From: Caulobacter sp. 32-67-35
GTDB taxonomy: Bacteria > Pseudomonadota > Alphaproteobacteria > Caulobacterales > Caulobacteraceae
Length of the DNA stretch: 64,000 nt
Direction: 5' to 3'
Assembly: GCA_002280875.1 (NCBI GenBank)
Contig: NCEV01000023.1
Location: 8,920-72,919, forward strand
Part shown: positions 50,300-59,697 of the stretch, in pieces
Layout: each line of letters opens with the position of its first letter
Position numbering within the stretch: position 1 is the first letter of the stretch
Notes under the pieces: model-generated
Told to the model about the DNA's origin: nothing
The model's input: only the letters and a program-made list of their open reading frames with translations
Database searches by the model: none
Made by a program: the position numbers and the translations under genes

Positions 50300-50797
50300 T
50301 TATTGTCCCAATTTGGCGTCCAGCGTGTCGAGCAGCAGCTGCAGGGCCGCCCCGGCGAAGGCCTGCATGTTGGCGGGCCGGTCATTGACGCCCGTTTCGA
50401 GGGTGGCGCTGACGGCGGTCTCCGCACCGACCACGGCCGTGCAGGTGTGGCCGGGCAGGTCGCCATAGCGGTTGCCGTCTGGCCCTGCGGCTCCCGTTTC
50501 GGACAGGCCCCAGGTGGCTTTCAGGTTGGTGCGCGCCACGCGGGCCAGCAGCACGGCATAGGGCTCGCTGGCCGAGCGCAGGCCGTCCATGGCCTTCTGC
50601 GGGATGTCCATCAGGGTGAGCCGGGCCCGCGCCGTATAGACGACCGCCCCGCCCACATAGAATTTCGACGCGCCCGGCACGGCCAGCAGGGCCGCCGAGA
50701 TCAGGCCGCCCGACGAGGATTCGGCGATGGCGAGGGTTTCGCCGCGCGCGATCAGGCGCTCGGCGACGCGTTCGGCGAGGGTGTTGAGGTCGGACAT
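50300..50797 (-). CDS. CinA-family nicotinamide-nucleotide amidohydrolase (PncC-like) domain protein
   Basis: LAIAESSSGGLISAALL motif. 165 aa. ATG verified at 50795-50797. Confidence 0.8.
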   Translation of the reverse strand: MSDLNTLAERVAERLIARGETLAIAESSSGGLISAALLAVPGASKFYVGGAVVYTARARLTLMDIPQKAMDGLRSASEPYAVLLARVARTNLKATWGLSETGAAGPDGNRYGDLPGHTCTAVVGAETAVSATLETGVNDRPANMQAFAGAALQLLLDTLDAKLGQ

Positions 50798-50829
50798 CAG
50801 GCATTCCTCTTGGTCACGGGCGAGCGGGG

Positions 50830-51711
50830 TCAGACCCGCGCCCAGTCGGGCGTCTGGTTCCTGAACCAGGTCAGCTGGCGTTTGGCGTAGCGGCGGGTTT
50901 CCTGGCGCGCGGCGTCCAGGGCCTGGTCCAGGGTGGTCTCGCCGCGCAGGTGGGCGGCCAGTTCGCGATAGCCCAGGGCCTTGAGCGCGGGCAGGGCGGG
51001 GCTGAGGCCGCGCGCTTCCATGGCCGCGACTTCCTCCAGCGCCCCGTTCTGCACCATCACTCCCAGGCGCGCGTCGCAGCGGGCGTAGAGGTCGGCGCGC
51101 GGCGGATCCAGCACCACGCCCTTCCAGCTGCCCGGCGCCAGAGAGGGGCGGGTGTCGTTCTGCCATTCGGTCAGGGAGCGGCCGGTGGCTATGGCGACGG
51201 CATGGGCGCGCAGCAGGCGCTGGCGGTCGCCGACCTCGATGCGGGCGGCGGCCTCGGGGTCGAGCTTGGCCAAGCCTTCGCGAAATTCGTGTTCGCCCTG
51301 GGCTTCATAGAGCAGGCCGGAGATCTCGCGCTGGGTGTCCGAAACCGCCGGCACGTCGGCCAGGCCATGGGTCAGGGCGCGGAAATAGAGGCCGGTGCCG
51401 CCCACCACCACGGCCGGCTTGCCGCGATGGTCGATGTCGCGCAGGGCGACCATGGCCGCCTCCAGCCACTTGCCGACCGACCAGGTCTGGGCCGCATCCA
51501 CCGTGCCGAACAGGTGATGCGGAACCGCCGCCATGTCTTCGGGCGATGGGCCGGCGGTCAGCACGCGCAGGCCGGCATAGATCTGCATGGAGTCGGCATT
51601 GACGATCTCGCCGCCGATTTCCTGGGCCAGACGCAGGGCATAGGCCGACTTGCCGCTTGCGGTCGGGCCGGCGATCAGCCAGATGCGGGGCGCGATGTCC
51701 AAGCTCTCCAT
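50830..51711 (-). CDS. miaA: tRNA dimethylallyltransferase
   Basis: P-loop GPTASGKS 15 aa after MESLDIAP. Typical MiaA core. An upstream ATG at 51750 is also possible. Confidence 0.9.
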   Translation of the reverse strand: MESLDIAPRIWLIAGPTASGKSAYALRLAQEIGGEIVNADSMQIYAGLRVLTAGPSPEDMAAVPHHLFGTVDAAQTWSVGKWLEAAMVALRDIDHRGKPAVVVGGTGLYFRALTHGLADVPAVSDTQREISGLLYEAQGEHEFREGLAKLDPEAAARIEVGDRQRLLRAHAVAIATGRSLTEWQNDTRPSLAPGSWKGVVLDPPRADLYARCDARLGVMVQNGALEEVAAMEARGLSPALPALKALGYRELAAHLRGETTLDQALDAARQETRRYAKRQLTWFRNQTPDWARV

Positions 51712-52573
51712 GATCCCGACCGTCCTCACCGTGGTGGGGGCCGACCCCACCGCTTACGCCCAAGCCGTGTCGCGCGTCGAGGCGGCTCTGTCCACCCGTC
51801 CCGCGCCGCTGGGACCGCTGGCGGCGGACTTCCTTCTCGAGCGCGATGAGGTCGAGGCGCTGACGGCGCTGCTGGCCGACCTGCCGGTCGATTTCGCGAT
51901 CCAGCCGGTCGAGAACCGCAGGAAGCGCCTGCTGATCGCCGACATGGACTCCACCATCATCAATGTCGAATGCCTGGACGAACTGGCTGATTTCGCTGGC
52001 GTGAAAGCGCAGGTCTCCGAAATCACCGAGCGGGCCATGCGCGGCGAACTGGCCTTTGAGGACGCCCTGCGCGAGCGGGTCGGTATGCTGACCGGCCTGT
52101 CGGTCGACGCCCTGCAGGCCTGCTACGACGACCGCGTGCGGCTCAACCCCGGCGCCGAGACCCTGGTGAAGACCATGGCGGCGCATGGCGCGCGCTGCGC
52201 CCTGGTCTCAGGCGGCTTCACCTTCTTCACCAGCCGGGTTGCGCAGGCGGCGGGCTTTCATCTGAACCGCGCCAACACCTTGATCGAGGCCGATGGCAAA
52301 CTGACCGGCAAGGTCGGTGATCCGATCCTGGGCAAGGAGGCCAAGCTGGCCGCCCTGATCGAGGAGACCGCGCTGCTGGGCCTGACCCCCAGCGACGCCC
52401 TGGCCGTGGGCGACGGCGCCAACGACCTGGCCATGATCGAGGCCGCCGGCCTGGGCGTCGCCTATCGCGCCAAGCCCATTGTTGCGGCCCAGGCCCACGC
52501 CAAGGTCGACCATGCCGACCTCACCGCCTTGCTTCACTTCCAGGGCTATACGGTCTCGGAGTTTGCAGCATGA
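51710..52573 (+). CDS. serB: Phosphoserine phosphatase
   Basis: HAD motifs DMDSTII, SGGF and GDGANDL. Start uncertain (51650, 51695 or 51710). Confidence 0.85.
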   Translation: MIPTVLTVVGADPTAYAQAVSRVEAALSTRPAPLGPLAADFLLERDEVEALTALLADLPVDFAIQPVENRRKRLLIADMDSTIINVECLDELADFAGVKAQVSEITERAMRGELAFEDALRERVGMLTGLSVDALQACYDDRVRLNPGAETLVKTMAAHGARCALVSGGFTFFTSRVAQAAGFHLNRANTLIEADGKLTGKVGDPILGKEAKLAALIEETALLGLTPSDALAVGDGANDLAMIEAAGLGVAYRAKPIVAAQAHAKVDHADLTALLHFQGYTVSEFAA

Positions 52574-53235
52574 GTTTCCCCCGCCGCGTCGAAGCCGTCG
52601 TCTTCGACATGGATGGCCTGTTGCTGGACACCGAGATCGTCTATCGCGCCGCCATGATCGAGGCCGGCTCGGTGTTTGGCGTCGCTTTCACCGGCGAGAT
52701 CTATGCCTCGATGGTCGGCCGGACCAATCCGGAATGCGGCGTGCTGCTGCGCGATCTCTATGGCGAGGCGTTTCCGGTCCAGGCCTATTTCGAGCGTGTC
52801 TGGAGCGACGTCGAGGACCTGCTGGAGGCCGAGACCAAGCTTAAGACCGGCGTGATCGAGATCCTCGACTATCTGGACGAGGTCGGCCTGCCGTGCGCCA
52901 TCGCCACCTCGAACGGCATGGTGTCGGTCGAGAAGTATCTGGGGCGCTTTGATCTGCTGAGCCGCTTCAACGCGGTGGTCGCCAATGCCGACGTCATTCG
53001 CCACAAGCCGCATCCCGATCCCTATCTGGAGGCCGCCAGCCGCCTGGGCGTCGATCCCGCCCACTGTCTGGCGCTGGAGGATTCACACCCCGGCGTCCGC
53101 GCCGCCCATGCGGCCGGCATGATGACGGTGATGGTGCCCGACATCCTCGATCCCAACGAGGAGATGCACGACAAGTGCGTCCACATCGCCGACAGCCTGC
53201 ATGTGGTGCTGGATCTGCTTAAGGCGTCGGTCTGA
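52570..53235 (+). CDS. HAD-IA family hydrolase (beta-phosphoglucomutase/phosphatase-like)
   Basis: VVFDMDGLLLDTE motif I, ATSN, EDSHPGVRAAHAAGM. ATGA overlap with serB. Confidence 0.8.
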   Translation: MSFPRRVEAVVFDMDGLLLDTEIVYRAAMIEAGSVFGVAFTGEIYASMVGRTNPECGVLLRDLYGEAFPVQAYFERVWSDVEDLLEAETKLKTGVIEILDYLDEVGLPCAIATSNGMVSVEKYLGRFDLLSRFNAVVANADVIRHKPHPDPYLEAASRLGVDPAHCLALEDSHPGVRAAHAAGMMTVMVPDILDPNEEMHDKCVHIADSLHVVLDLLKASV

Positions 53236-53246
53236 GTTGAGCGGCT

Positions 53247-55592
53247 TCAGGCCTGGCGCAGCGCGGCCGTCTCTGTCTCGCCCGGCAGATCGATCGACCA
53301 GTCGCCCAGGAACTCGGTCAGCTGGCTCAAGCCCATGGGCTTGGCGATGTGATAGCCCTGCGCCAGGTCGCAGCCCATCAGTTGCAGCGCGGCCAGGGCC
53401 TCACGGGTCTCGACGCCCTCGGCGGTGACCTTCATGCCCAGGCTGTGGGCGAGGTCGATGGTGGACTTGACCAGCAGCGCATCCTTGCCGCCGGCTTCCA
53501 GCGACATCACGAAGGCCTTGTCGATCTTCAGTTCGTCGGCGCGGATCTGCTTCAGATAGGCCAGTGACGACAGGCCCGAGCCATAGTCGTCGATCGAGAC
53601 GGGGATGCCGGCGGCGGCGAAGCGTTCCAGAACGGCCAGAGCCACCTCGGGATTGCCGATCACGGCCGTTTCGGTGATTTCGAAACACAGCCGCGCGCCT
53701 TCACGTGTCACCTGCTCGATGGCCCGGTCGGCGAAGTCGGCGTCGTCGATGAGGCGGCCGGAGATGTTGACCGACATCAGCACGTCATGACCGGCCGCGC
53801 GCAGGATCTTCTGGTCGGCGATGGCCTGGGTCAGCACGTAATCGGTCAGGGCGCGAATGTGGCCCGTCTCCTCGGCCATGCCGACGAACAGGTCCGGGCG
53901 CATCAGGCCGCGCGTGGGGTGCTTCCAGCGCACGAGGGCCTCGACGCCGGTGATCTGGCCGGTGCGCAGGTCCAGCTTGGGTTGATGGTTCAGGAAGAGC
54001 GCGCCGGTGGTCACGGCATCCAGCATCTCGCTCATCAGCGACAGATTGCTGGCGGGGTCGCCATAGGCCACGGGGTCGAACAGCATCACCTTGCGGTTGG
54101 CCGCGCGGCCCTGGTCCAGGGCGATCAGGGCCTGCTCGATCAGGCGCGGGGCGTCCAGCGCGCCGGCTGTGGTGGCCGCCAGGCCGTGGGTCAGGTGAAT
54201 GTCGACCCGCTCGCCGCCCACCCGGATGGGGCGTTCGAGGTCTTGCACCGAGCGATCGATCAGCGGCAGCAGGGCGGCAAGATCGGTGAGGTTGGAGACG
54301 ACGCACAGGGTCGATGTGGTCAGGCGCCCCACCAGCAGGCCGGGGCTGATCGCCGTGATCCGCTCGCCCAGATCCGCGATCAGCTGGGTGGCCAGGGTGT
54401 AGCCGATGGCGCCGCGCATGAAGGGAAAGCGATCCAGGCCGACGGCGCTGATAATCACCTGTTCGCCCTCTGCGGCGCCGGCCAGGCGGGCGGAGATCTC
54501 GCGCTCCAGGGCCCGGCGGTTGGGCAGGCCGGTTTCCGCGTCGTGCAGCGTTTGATGGATCATCTTGGCTTCGCGGTCACGGATCTCCGCGGCCATCAGG
54601 TTGAAGCTGCTGGCCAGACGTCCGATTTCGTCATGGGTCTGGACCTCAACCCGAACGTCCTCGCCGCGCTGCAGACGACGGGCTGCGGCGTCCAGGGCGG
54701 CGATGGGACGGGCCAGCCCGCGCGACAGGGCCCAGCTGGCGACAACCACCAGAGCCGCGCCAAGCAGTCCGGCCAGGATGACGGCCGCGAACAGCGGGCG
54801 ATAGGGCGCCATGGCCTTGGCCATCGGATAGCGCAGGACCAGCGCCGCCGCGCCGTCCTGGCTCAGCGATTTGAGGGGTTTGACCAGCACCAGATTATCA
54901 GCGCGGCCGGCCTTCAGCAGTTCGGGCTCGTGGGTCCTGGCCTGCAAGGCCTGGTCGACATAGGCGCCGATCCTTTCGGGATCAAAGCTGGTGTCGGTGG
55001 TGATCCACTGGCCATTGCGCTGGTCGAACACCTGGGCGTCCAGGTCGATGGCCGACAGGCCCTCCAGGGCCTGCATCTCGCGATCGTCCAGCTTGGCGGC
55101 GAAGACGATCCAGCCGTTCAGGGTCGGCGCCATGATCGGTGCGGAAATGATCTGATAGGGCGCGTTGTCGATGACGAACACGCCCTGGGCGCCGTCTTCG
55201 GCGTCCAGCGCCGCCCATAGCTTGTCGAGGTCCAGAAGGGCCGGATCGAGGCCGATGACGTCGCCCTCGACGCCGACCGTGAAGGCCAGGTCCAGGCCCA
55301 GACGCTGGCGCAGATTGGTGATGGCGGACTCGACGGTGGGCGCATCGCGGGTGGCGACCGCAGACCTGAAGCCGAAGTCGCGTGACAGCAGGTCGGCGCC
55401 GTCGCGCAGGCGCTGGGTGCGCAGCGCCCAGACGCGGTCGAACACCGTACCGCTGACCGCCAGTTCCTTGCGCACCGTCTGCTGGGCGTTACCCGCGATG
55501 GCCAGGTAGACCGTGACCGCCACAAGGCTCAGGGCCAGGGCAAAAAGCCCGGCGTAAAGAACGGTCAGCTTGGTCTGGAGGCGGTTGAACAC
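53247..55592 (-). CDS. Membrane sensor HAMP / degenerate-GGDEF / EAL protein (likely c-di-GMP phosphodiesterase)
   Basis: 781 aa. About 260-aa periplasmic region between TM helices, then HAMP. The GGDEF position reads RLTTSTLCVV. EAL set is intact (EALVRW, NIS, EITE, DDYGSGLSS, KIDKAF, EGVE, QGY). Confidence 0.9.
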   Translation of the reverse strand: MFNRLQTKLTVLYAGLFALALSLVAVTVYLAIAGNAQQTVRKELAVSGTVFDRVWALRTQRLRDGADLLSRDFGFRSAVATRDAPTVESAITNLRQRLGLDLAFTVGVEGDVIGLDPALLDLDKLWAALDAEDGAQGVFVIDNAPYQIISAPIMAPTLNGWIVFAAKLDDREMQALEGLSAIDLDAQVFDQRNGQWITTDTSFDPERIGAYVDQALQARTHEPELLKAGRADNLVLVKPLKSLSQDGAAALVLRYPMAKAMAPYRPLFAAVILAGLLGAALVVVASWALSRGLARPIAALDAAARRLQRGEDVRVEVQTHDEIGRLASSFNLMAAEIRDREAKMIHQTLHDAETGLPNRRALEREISARLAGAAEGEQVIISAVGLDRFPFMRGAIGYTLATQLIADLGERITAISPGLLVGRLTTSTLCVVSNLTDLAALLPLIDRSVQDLERPIRVGGERVDIHLTHGLAATTAGALDAPRLIEQALIALDQGRAANRKVMLFDPVAYGDPASNLSLMSEMLDAVTTGALFLNHQPKLDLRTGQITGVEALVRWKHPTRGLMRPDLFVGMAEETGHIRALTDYVLTQAIADQKILRAAGHDVLMSVNISGRLIDDADFADRAIEQVTREGARLCFEITETAVIGNPEVALAVLERFAAAGIPVSIDDYGSGLSSLAYLKQIRADELKIDKAFVMSLEAGGKDALLVKSTIDLAHSLGMKVTAEGVETREALAALQLMGCDLAQGYHIAKPMGLSQLTEFLGDWSIDLPGETETAALRQA

Positions 55593-55600
55593 GGCGGGTC

Positions 55601-56230
55601 TCAGTGATGCGCCGCCGGCGCGCGCAACTCGATGGTCACGGCTTCGCGCGTGGCCCCGCCGCCCAGCGAGGTCACGGGGAGGACCTTTTCGTTCTTCGGG
55701 CCGCGCAGATAGGGGTGCCAGACACGGACCACGACCGGGCCCGAGGGCGCGTCGGCGATGGTGGCCACCCCCGAAGCGTCGCTCTTGGCCGCATAGGCGG
55801 TGTCGACCACCTTGATGAAGCCGACCATCTGGTCGTGAATGTTGCAGCCGATGGCGGCCGCGCCAGCCGTCGGTAGCTTGACGATACGGTTCTCTTCCCG
55901 CCCGTACAGCTTCAGCTCGAACTTGTTGCCCGGCGAAAAGGAATAGACGTGGTGGCGCACCTTATCGAGGTTGGGGAACGCCACCTCGGCCCCGGCGGGC
56001 ACGATCAGCACGAAGGGCGAGAACTGGATGTTCTGCTGCTGAACGCGGTAAGGCCAGGGGAACTTGATCGGCCCCCGGCTGGGCTGGCCGCCGGGATGAA
56101 CCGTGACCACGGCGTCTGAAACCGGCTTTCCATTGGCGCCGCGCACCGTGACGGTCAGGCTGCCCGCCAGGGCGTCGCCGCCCATTATTGCAACCAGGAG
56201 AAGTGCGGTAGCGAATTTCATGCCGAACAT
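55601..56230 (-). CDS. Secreted cupredoxin-like / carboxypeptidase-regulatory-like protein (often annotated methylamine utilization protein)
   Basis: Signal MFGMKFATALLLVAIMGGDALA. LTVTVRGANGKPVSDAVVTV Ig-like start. FPNLDKVRHHVYSF and IGCNIHDQM His/Cys motifs. Confidence 0.6.
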   Translation of the reverse strand: MFGMKFATALLLVAIMGGDALAGSLTVTVRGANGKPVSDAVVTVHPGGQPSRGPIKFPWPYRVQQQNIQFSPFVLIVPAGAEVAFPNLDKVRHHVYSFSPGNKFELKLYGREENRIVKLPTAGAAAIGCNIHDQMVGFIKVVDTAYAAKSDASGVATIADAPSGPVVVRVWHPYLRGPKNEKVLPVTSLGGGATREAVTIELRAPAAHH

Positions 56231-56383
56231 CTAGCGGCTTTCAAATGAAATCGGCGTTAACACCAGTGTTGTCCCCCGGCGTAGGGCCTCTAATCTGGAA
56301 ACCTTCTGTAAAGTCTTCTGAACGACCCTCTGAACCTGAATGACACGGTGGGCAGGGCGCGTCCTGTCGACGGCGGGGGCGAT

Positions 56384-57274
56384 ATGCGGCGGCAACTCTT
56401 GAAGGCCCTGGGTCTGGCGGCGGTCGTGGCCGGAACCCTGGGATGCGCCGCCGGCGCGACCGCGGCCGAGATCGAAACCGGCGGCAAGCTGTTGCTGACC
56501 GGCGGCGTCAGTTCGCTGGAAGGCGGCGCGGGCGGCGGCCTGGCCACCTGGGCGGTCATCGCGGGTAACGAGACCAACAACGGCGTCGGCGGCAAGGTCC
56601 ATGCGACCTATGTCGACGTCTCCGATTACACCCTGCGCGCCGCGGGCGCGGCTGTCGGCCTCCATGACCGCATCGAGCTGTCGGTCGCCCGCCAGGAGTT
56701 CGATACCGGCGCCACGGGCGCCAAGCTGGGCCTGGGCAAGGGCTTCACCTTCAAGCAGGACATCGTGGGCGTGAAGCTGCGGGTGCTGGGCGATGCGGTG
56801 TATGAGCAGGACACCTGGGTCCCGCAGGTGTCGATCGGCGCGCAGTACAAGAAGAACAATCAGGACGCCATTGTCCGCGCCATCGGCGGCAGGAAGGACA
56901 GCGGCGTCGACTACTATGTCGCCGCCACCAAGCTGGTGCTCGACAAGAGCCTCGTCTTGAGCGGCGCGATGCGCCTGACCAAGGCCAACCAGACCGGCCT
57001 GCTGGGCTTCGGCGGCGACAAGAACGATAGCTACACGGCCCAGTTCGAAGGTTCGGCCGGGTTGCTGCTCAGCAAACGCCTGGCGGTGGGCGCCGAATAT
57101 CGCACCAAGCCCAGTAATCTGGGCTTCGCCAGGGAAGACGACTGGGTCGACCTGTTTGCCGCCTATGCGATCAACAAGACGGTGTCGGTGACGGCCGCCT
57201 ATGTCGATCTTGGCGAAATCGCCACGTTCAAGGACCAGCGCGGGGTCTATATCTCGCTGCAGGCCGGCTTCTAG
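56384..57274 (+). CDS. DUF3034 family (outer-membrane-like) protein
   Basis: Signal MRRQLLKALGLAAVVAGTLGCAAGATA. GGKLLLTGGVSSLEGGAGGGLATWAVI start as I recall for DUF3034. Beta-rich, ends ...SLQAGF. Confidence 0.65.
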   Translation: MRRQLLKALGLAAVVAGTLGCAAGATAAEIETGGKLLLTGGVSSLEGGAGGGLATWAVIAGNETNNGVGGKVHATYVDVSDYTLRAAGAAVGLHDRIELSVARQEFDTGATGAKLGLGKGFTFKQDIVGVKLRVLGDAVYEQDTWVPQVSIGAQYKKNNQDAIVRAIGGRKDSGVDYYVAATKLVLDKSLVLSGAMRLTKANQTGLLGFGGDKNDSYTAQFEGSAGLLLSKRLAVGAEYRTKPSNLGFAREDDWVDLFAAYAINKTVSVTAAYVDLGEIATFKDQRGVYISLQAGF

Positions 57275-57285
57275 GAGCGCGCAGG

Positions 57286-57795
57286 ATGCGTCATTTCACC
57301 CAGAGCGCGGCCCTGGCGGCTGTCATCGCCCTCGGCCTGGCCGGTTCAGCCCTGGCTCAGGACGCTGTCCCGCCCGGCGAGCAGCCTGTCGATCCCTATG
57401 TCCAGTCCAACGCCAATGCCGGCGCCAAGCCGATGGACGACACCAGGGTGTTCGAGGCCTTCCGAGGCAAGGATGGCCTCGTGCGCATCGCCGCCGACAC
57501 GGTCGATCGCAGCATGGCCGACCCGCGCATCAAGGAGATCTTCGCCACCACCGACGTTCCGCGCCTGAAGCGGACCCTGGCCGAGCAGTTCTGCTACGTG
57601 CTGGGCGGCGGCTGCGCCTATAGCGGCCGCGATATGGCGGCGGTTCACAAGGACATGGGCGTCACCAACCGGGACATGAACGCCCTGATCGAGAACCTGC
57701 AACTGGCCATGGACAAGGAGGGCGTGCCCTTCTTCGCGCAGAACAAGCTGCTGGCCAAGCTGGCGCCCATGCAGCGCAGTGTCGTCGAGCGGTAA
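57286..57795 (+). CDS. Group 1 truncated haemoglobin with Sec signal peptide
   Basis: Signal MRHFTQSAALAAVIALGLAGSALA. trHb core FEAFRGKDGL..., MAAVHKDMGVTNRDMNALIENL (proximal His context). Confidence 0.75.
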   Translation: MRHFTQSAALAAVIALGLAGSALAQDAVPPGEQPVDPYVQSNANAGAKPMDDTRVFEAFRGKDGLVRIAADTVDRSMADPRIKEIFATTDVPRLKRTLAEQFCYVLGGGCAYSGRDMAAVHKDMGVTNRDMNALIENLQLAMDKEGVPFFAQNKLLAKLAPMQRSVVER

Positions 57796-57805
57796 TTCTA
57801 ATCTT

Positions 57806-57837
57806 CCGCTCTCCCCGGCGTCCGCCGGGAAGAGCGG
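57806..57837. terminator. Hairpin between convergent genes
   Basis: CCGCTCTCCCCGGCG / CGCCGGGAAGAGCGG imperfect stem. Confidence 0.4.
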
Positions 57838-57852
57838 GTGTGTAGGCTTGAG

Positions 57853-58737
57853 CTATTTCCCGCCTGGAACGGCTTCCGCGTAGCGCGGCCAGTTCTTTGA
57901 CAGTTCATCCACCACCAGGTCGCCGGTCTTGAACGCCGCATCCAGCGAAGACTGCAGCGCCGGCACGCCGGTATGGTCGCCCAGCAGGTTGGTCGCCGCG
58001 TCGCCGCCGGGCGGCTGGGTGGTGTAGTTGCTGGCGGTGCGCAGCACCAGCACGCGCCGGGGATCCGCGCGCCCGGCCCGGCCCAGGGCGTCGATGGCGG
58101 CCAGAACGCCGGTGTCTTCCATGCCGGTCATCACAAAGCCGTCCTGGTCCCCGGTCCAATAATTGGCCCAGGCCTCGTAGTGCCGGTTCAGGATCTCGCC
58201 GTGCCAGAAGGCCTGGCCGCTGACCTCGTCGCCCTTCAGCACCCTCGGCGGTGTCTGGGCCATCGGCAGGCCGACATAGGGCGCGCGCAAGGCCTTCAGC
58301 GCCTCATTATCGGCGATGGCCGAGCCCTTGGTCAGGTCAAAGGCCCAGTCGCGCAGGGCGGTGTTCAGCGGAAACAGGTTGTAGTTCGGCGCGGGCGGGG
58401 CGGGGGTCTGGTACGGCGCCTTGCGATCGAACGGGATCAGGCCGGTGCTCCAGCCCTTGGGCGTCTCGCGCGGATCGATGGCGTAGCCAAAGTCGCTGTC
58501 GATCACCGCGCCGATCCAGGCGGCCGAGCCGACCGAGCCCTGGTTGGGATTGACCCCGGCGATGGCCGCGACCAGCCAGTAGCTTTTCGACAGGTCAAAA
58601 CGGGGGTCCAGGCCCAGGGCCATGGTCGAGATCGCCGCGCGGCCCGTGCCCATGCTGGTGGAGACCAGCAGGGTCTTGCGCACCGGGTCATAGCGCAGGT
58701 CTCGATAGCCGGCCTTGAAGGGCAGTTTTTCGGGCAT
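57853..58737 (-). CDS. Purine nucleoside permease (NUP family) mature domain; its signal peptide appears to lie in another frame
   Basis: 294 aa with an NUP-like core. An upstream ATG at 58793 encodes MRRLAVVACLLA in a different frame, while the frame of this ORF reads SQAWAQV just before its first Met. Confidence 0.75.
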   Translation of the reverse strand: MPEKLPFKAGYRDLRYDPVRKTLLVSTSMGTGRAAISTMALGLDPRFDLSKSYWLVAAIAGVNPNQGSVGSAAWIGAVIDSDFGYAIDPRETPKGWSTGLIPFDRKAPYQTPAPPAPNYNLFPLNTALRDWAFDLTKGSAIADNEALKALRAPYVGLPMAQTPPRVLKGDEVSGQAFWHGEILNRHYEAWANYWTGDQDGFVMTGMEDTGVLAAIDALGRAGRADPRRVLVLRTASNYTTQPPGGDAATNLLGDHTGVPALQSSLDAAFKTGDLVVDELSKNWPRYAEAVPGGK

Positions 58738-58845
58738 GACCTGCGCCCAGGCCTGGGAGCGAGCAGGCAGGCGACAACCGCGAGACGACGCATGGGCTTT
58801 CCCGGATAGAAAAAGGGCCGCGAGAGAATCTCGCGGCCCTGGTTC

Positions 58846-59697
58846 TTACTGCGCTTGCGGTCCGCGCTGGAAGTACTTGAAGAAGGCGCTGTCGGGCGAC
58901 AGCACCAGGGTGGCGTCTCCCTGACCAAGCGATGCCTCATAGGCCTGCATCGAGCGATAGAAGGCCGCGAAGTTGGGATCCCGGCCAAAGCTGGACGCGA
59001 ACAGTTCGGCGCGGCGGGCGTCGCCCTCACCCCGGATCTTTTCGCCTTCCTCGGTGGCGGTAGCCACGATCTCGCGCTTCTGCTGCTCGCCGATCGCGCG
59101 AAGCTGGGCGGCTTCCTGTTGACGGGCGGTCTGCATGCGCTCGAACACCGCCTTCTGGTTGGCTTCGGGCAGGTCGGCGCGCTTGATCCGCACGTCGATG
59201 ATCTGGACGCCCAGGTTGGACGCGGCGACCTGACGGGCGACATCGTCGCGAATGGCGGCCATCACCACGGCGCGCTTGCCGGCGATCACTTCCTCGGAAT
59301 TGGCGCGGCCGATCGTCTGGCGCAGCGAAGCGTTGACGATGCGCTCCAGCCGGTCGCGAGCCACGGTCTCGTCGCGCAAGGTGCGATAGAACTGGCGCGG
59401 ATCGCTGATCCGGTAGCGGACGAAGGCGTCAACCACCAGGCGCTCCTGGTCGGCGGCGATCACCTCTTCCTGGTCGGCGTTCAGGGCGATGTTGCGGTTG
59501 TCGAACTTCAGCACCTGATCCAGGAACGGCGCCTTCAGGTGCAGGCCTGGCGATTTGACCACCCGGATCGGGTCGCCGAAGCGAACCACCAGGGCCTGCT
59601 GGCGCTGATCGACCTGATAGACTGTCGAGCCCAGCAGGACGAGCAGGGCGCCGGCGGCGACGCCGATGGCGGCGAGACGGTTTTGCGGGCGGATCAT
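58846..59697 (-). CDS. hflC: Protease modulator HflC
   Basis: SPFH/band-7 domain with N-terminal TM helix. Overlaps the hflK stop by 4 nt. Confidence 0.9.
   Translation of the reverse strand: MIRPQNRLAAIGVAAGALLVLLGSTVYQVDQRQQALVVRFGDPIRVVKSPGLHLKAPFLDQVLKFDNRNIALNADQEEVIAADQERLVVDAFVRYRISDPRQFYRTLRDETVARDRLERIVNASLRQTIGRANSEEVIAGKRAVVMAAIRDDVARQVAASNLGVQIIDVRIKRADLPEANQKAVFERMQTARQQEAAQLRAIGEQQKREIVATATEEGEKIRGEGDARRAELFASSFGRDPNFAAFYRSMQAYEASLGQGDATLVLSPDSAFFKYFQRGPQAQ

Noticed and set aside
53787-55220. 477-aa ORF antisense to the HAMP-GGDEF-EAL gene
   Set aside because: High-GC antisense artefact.
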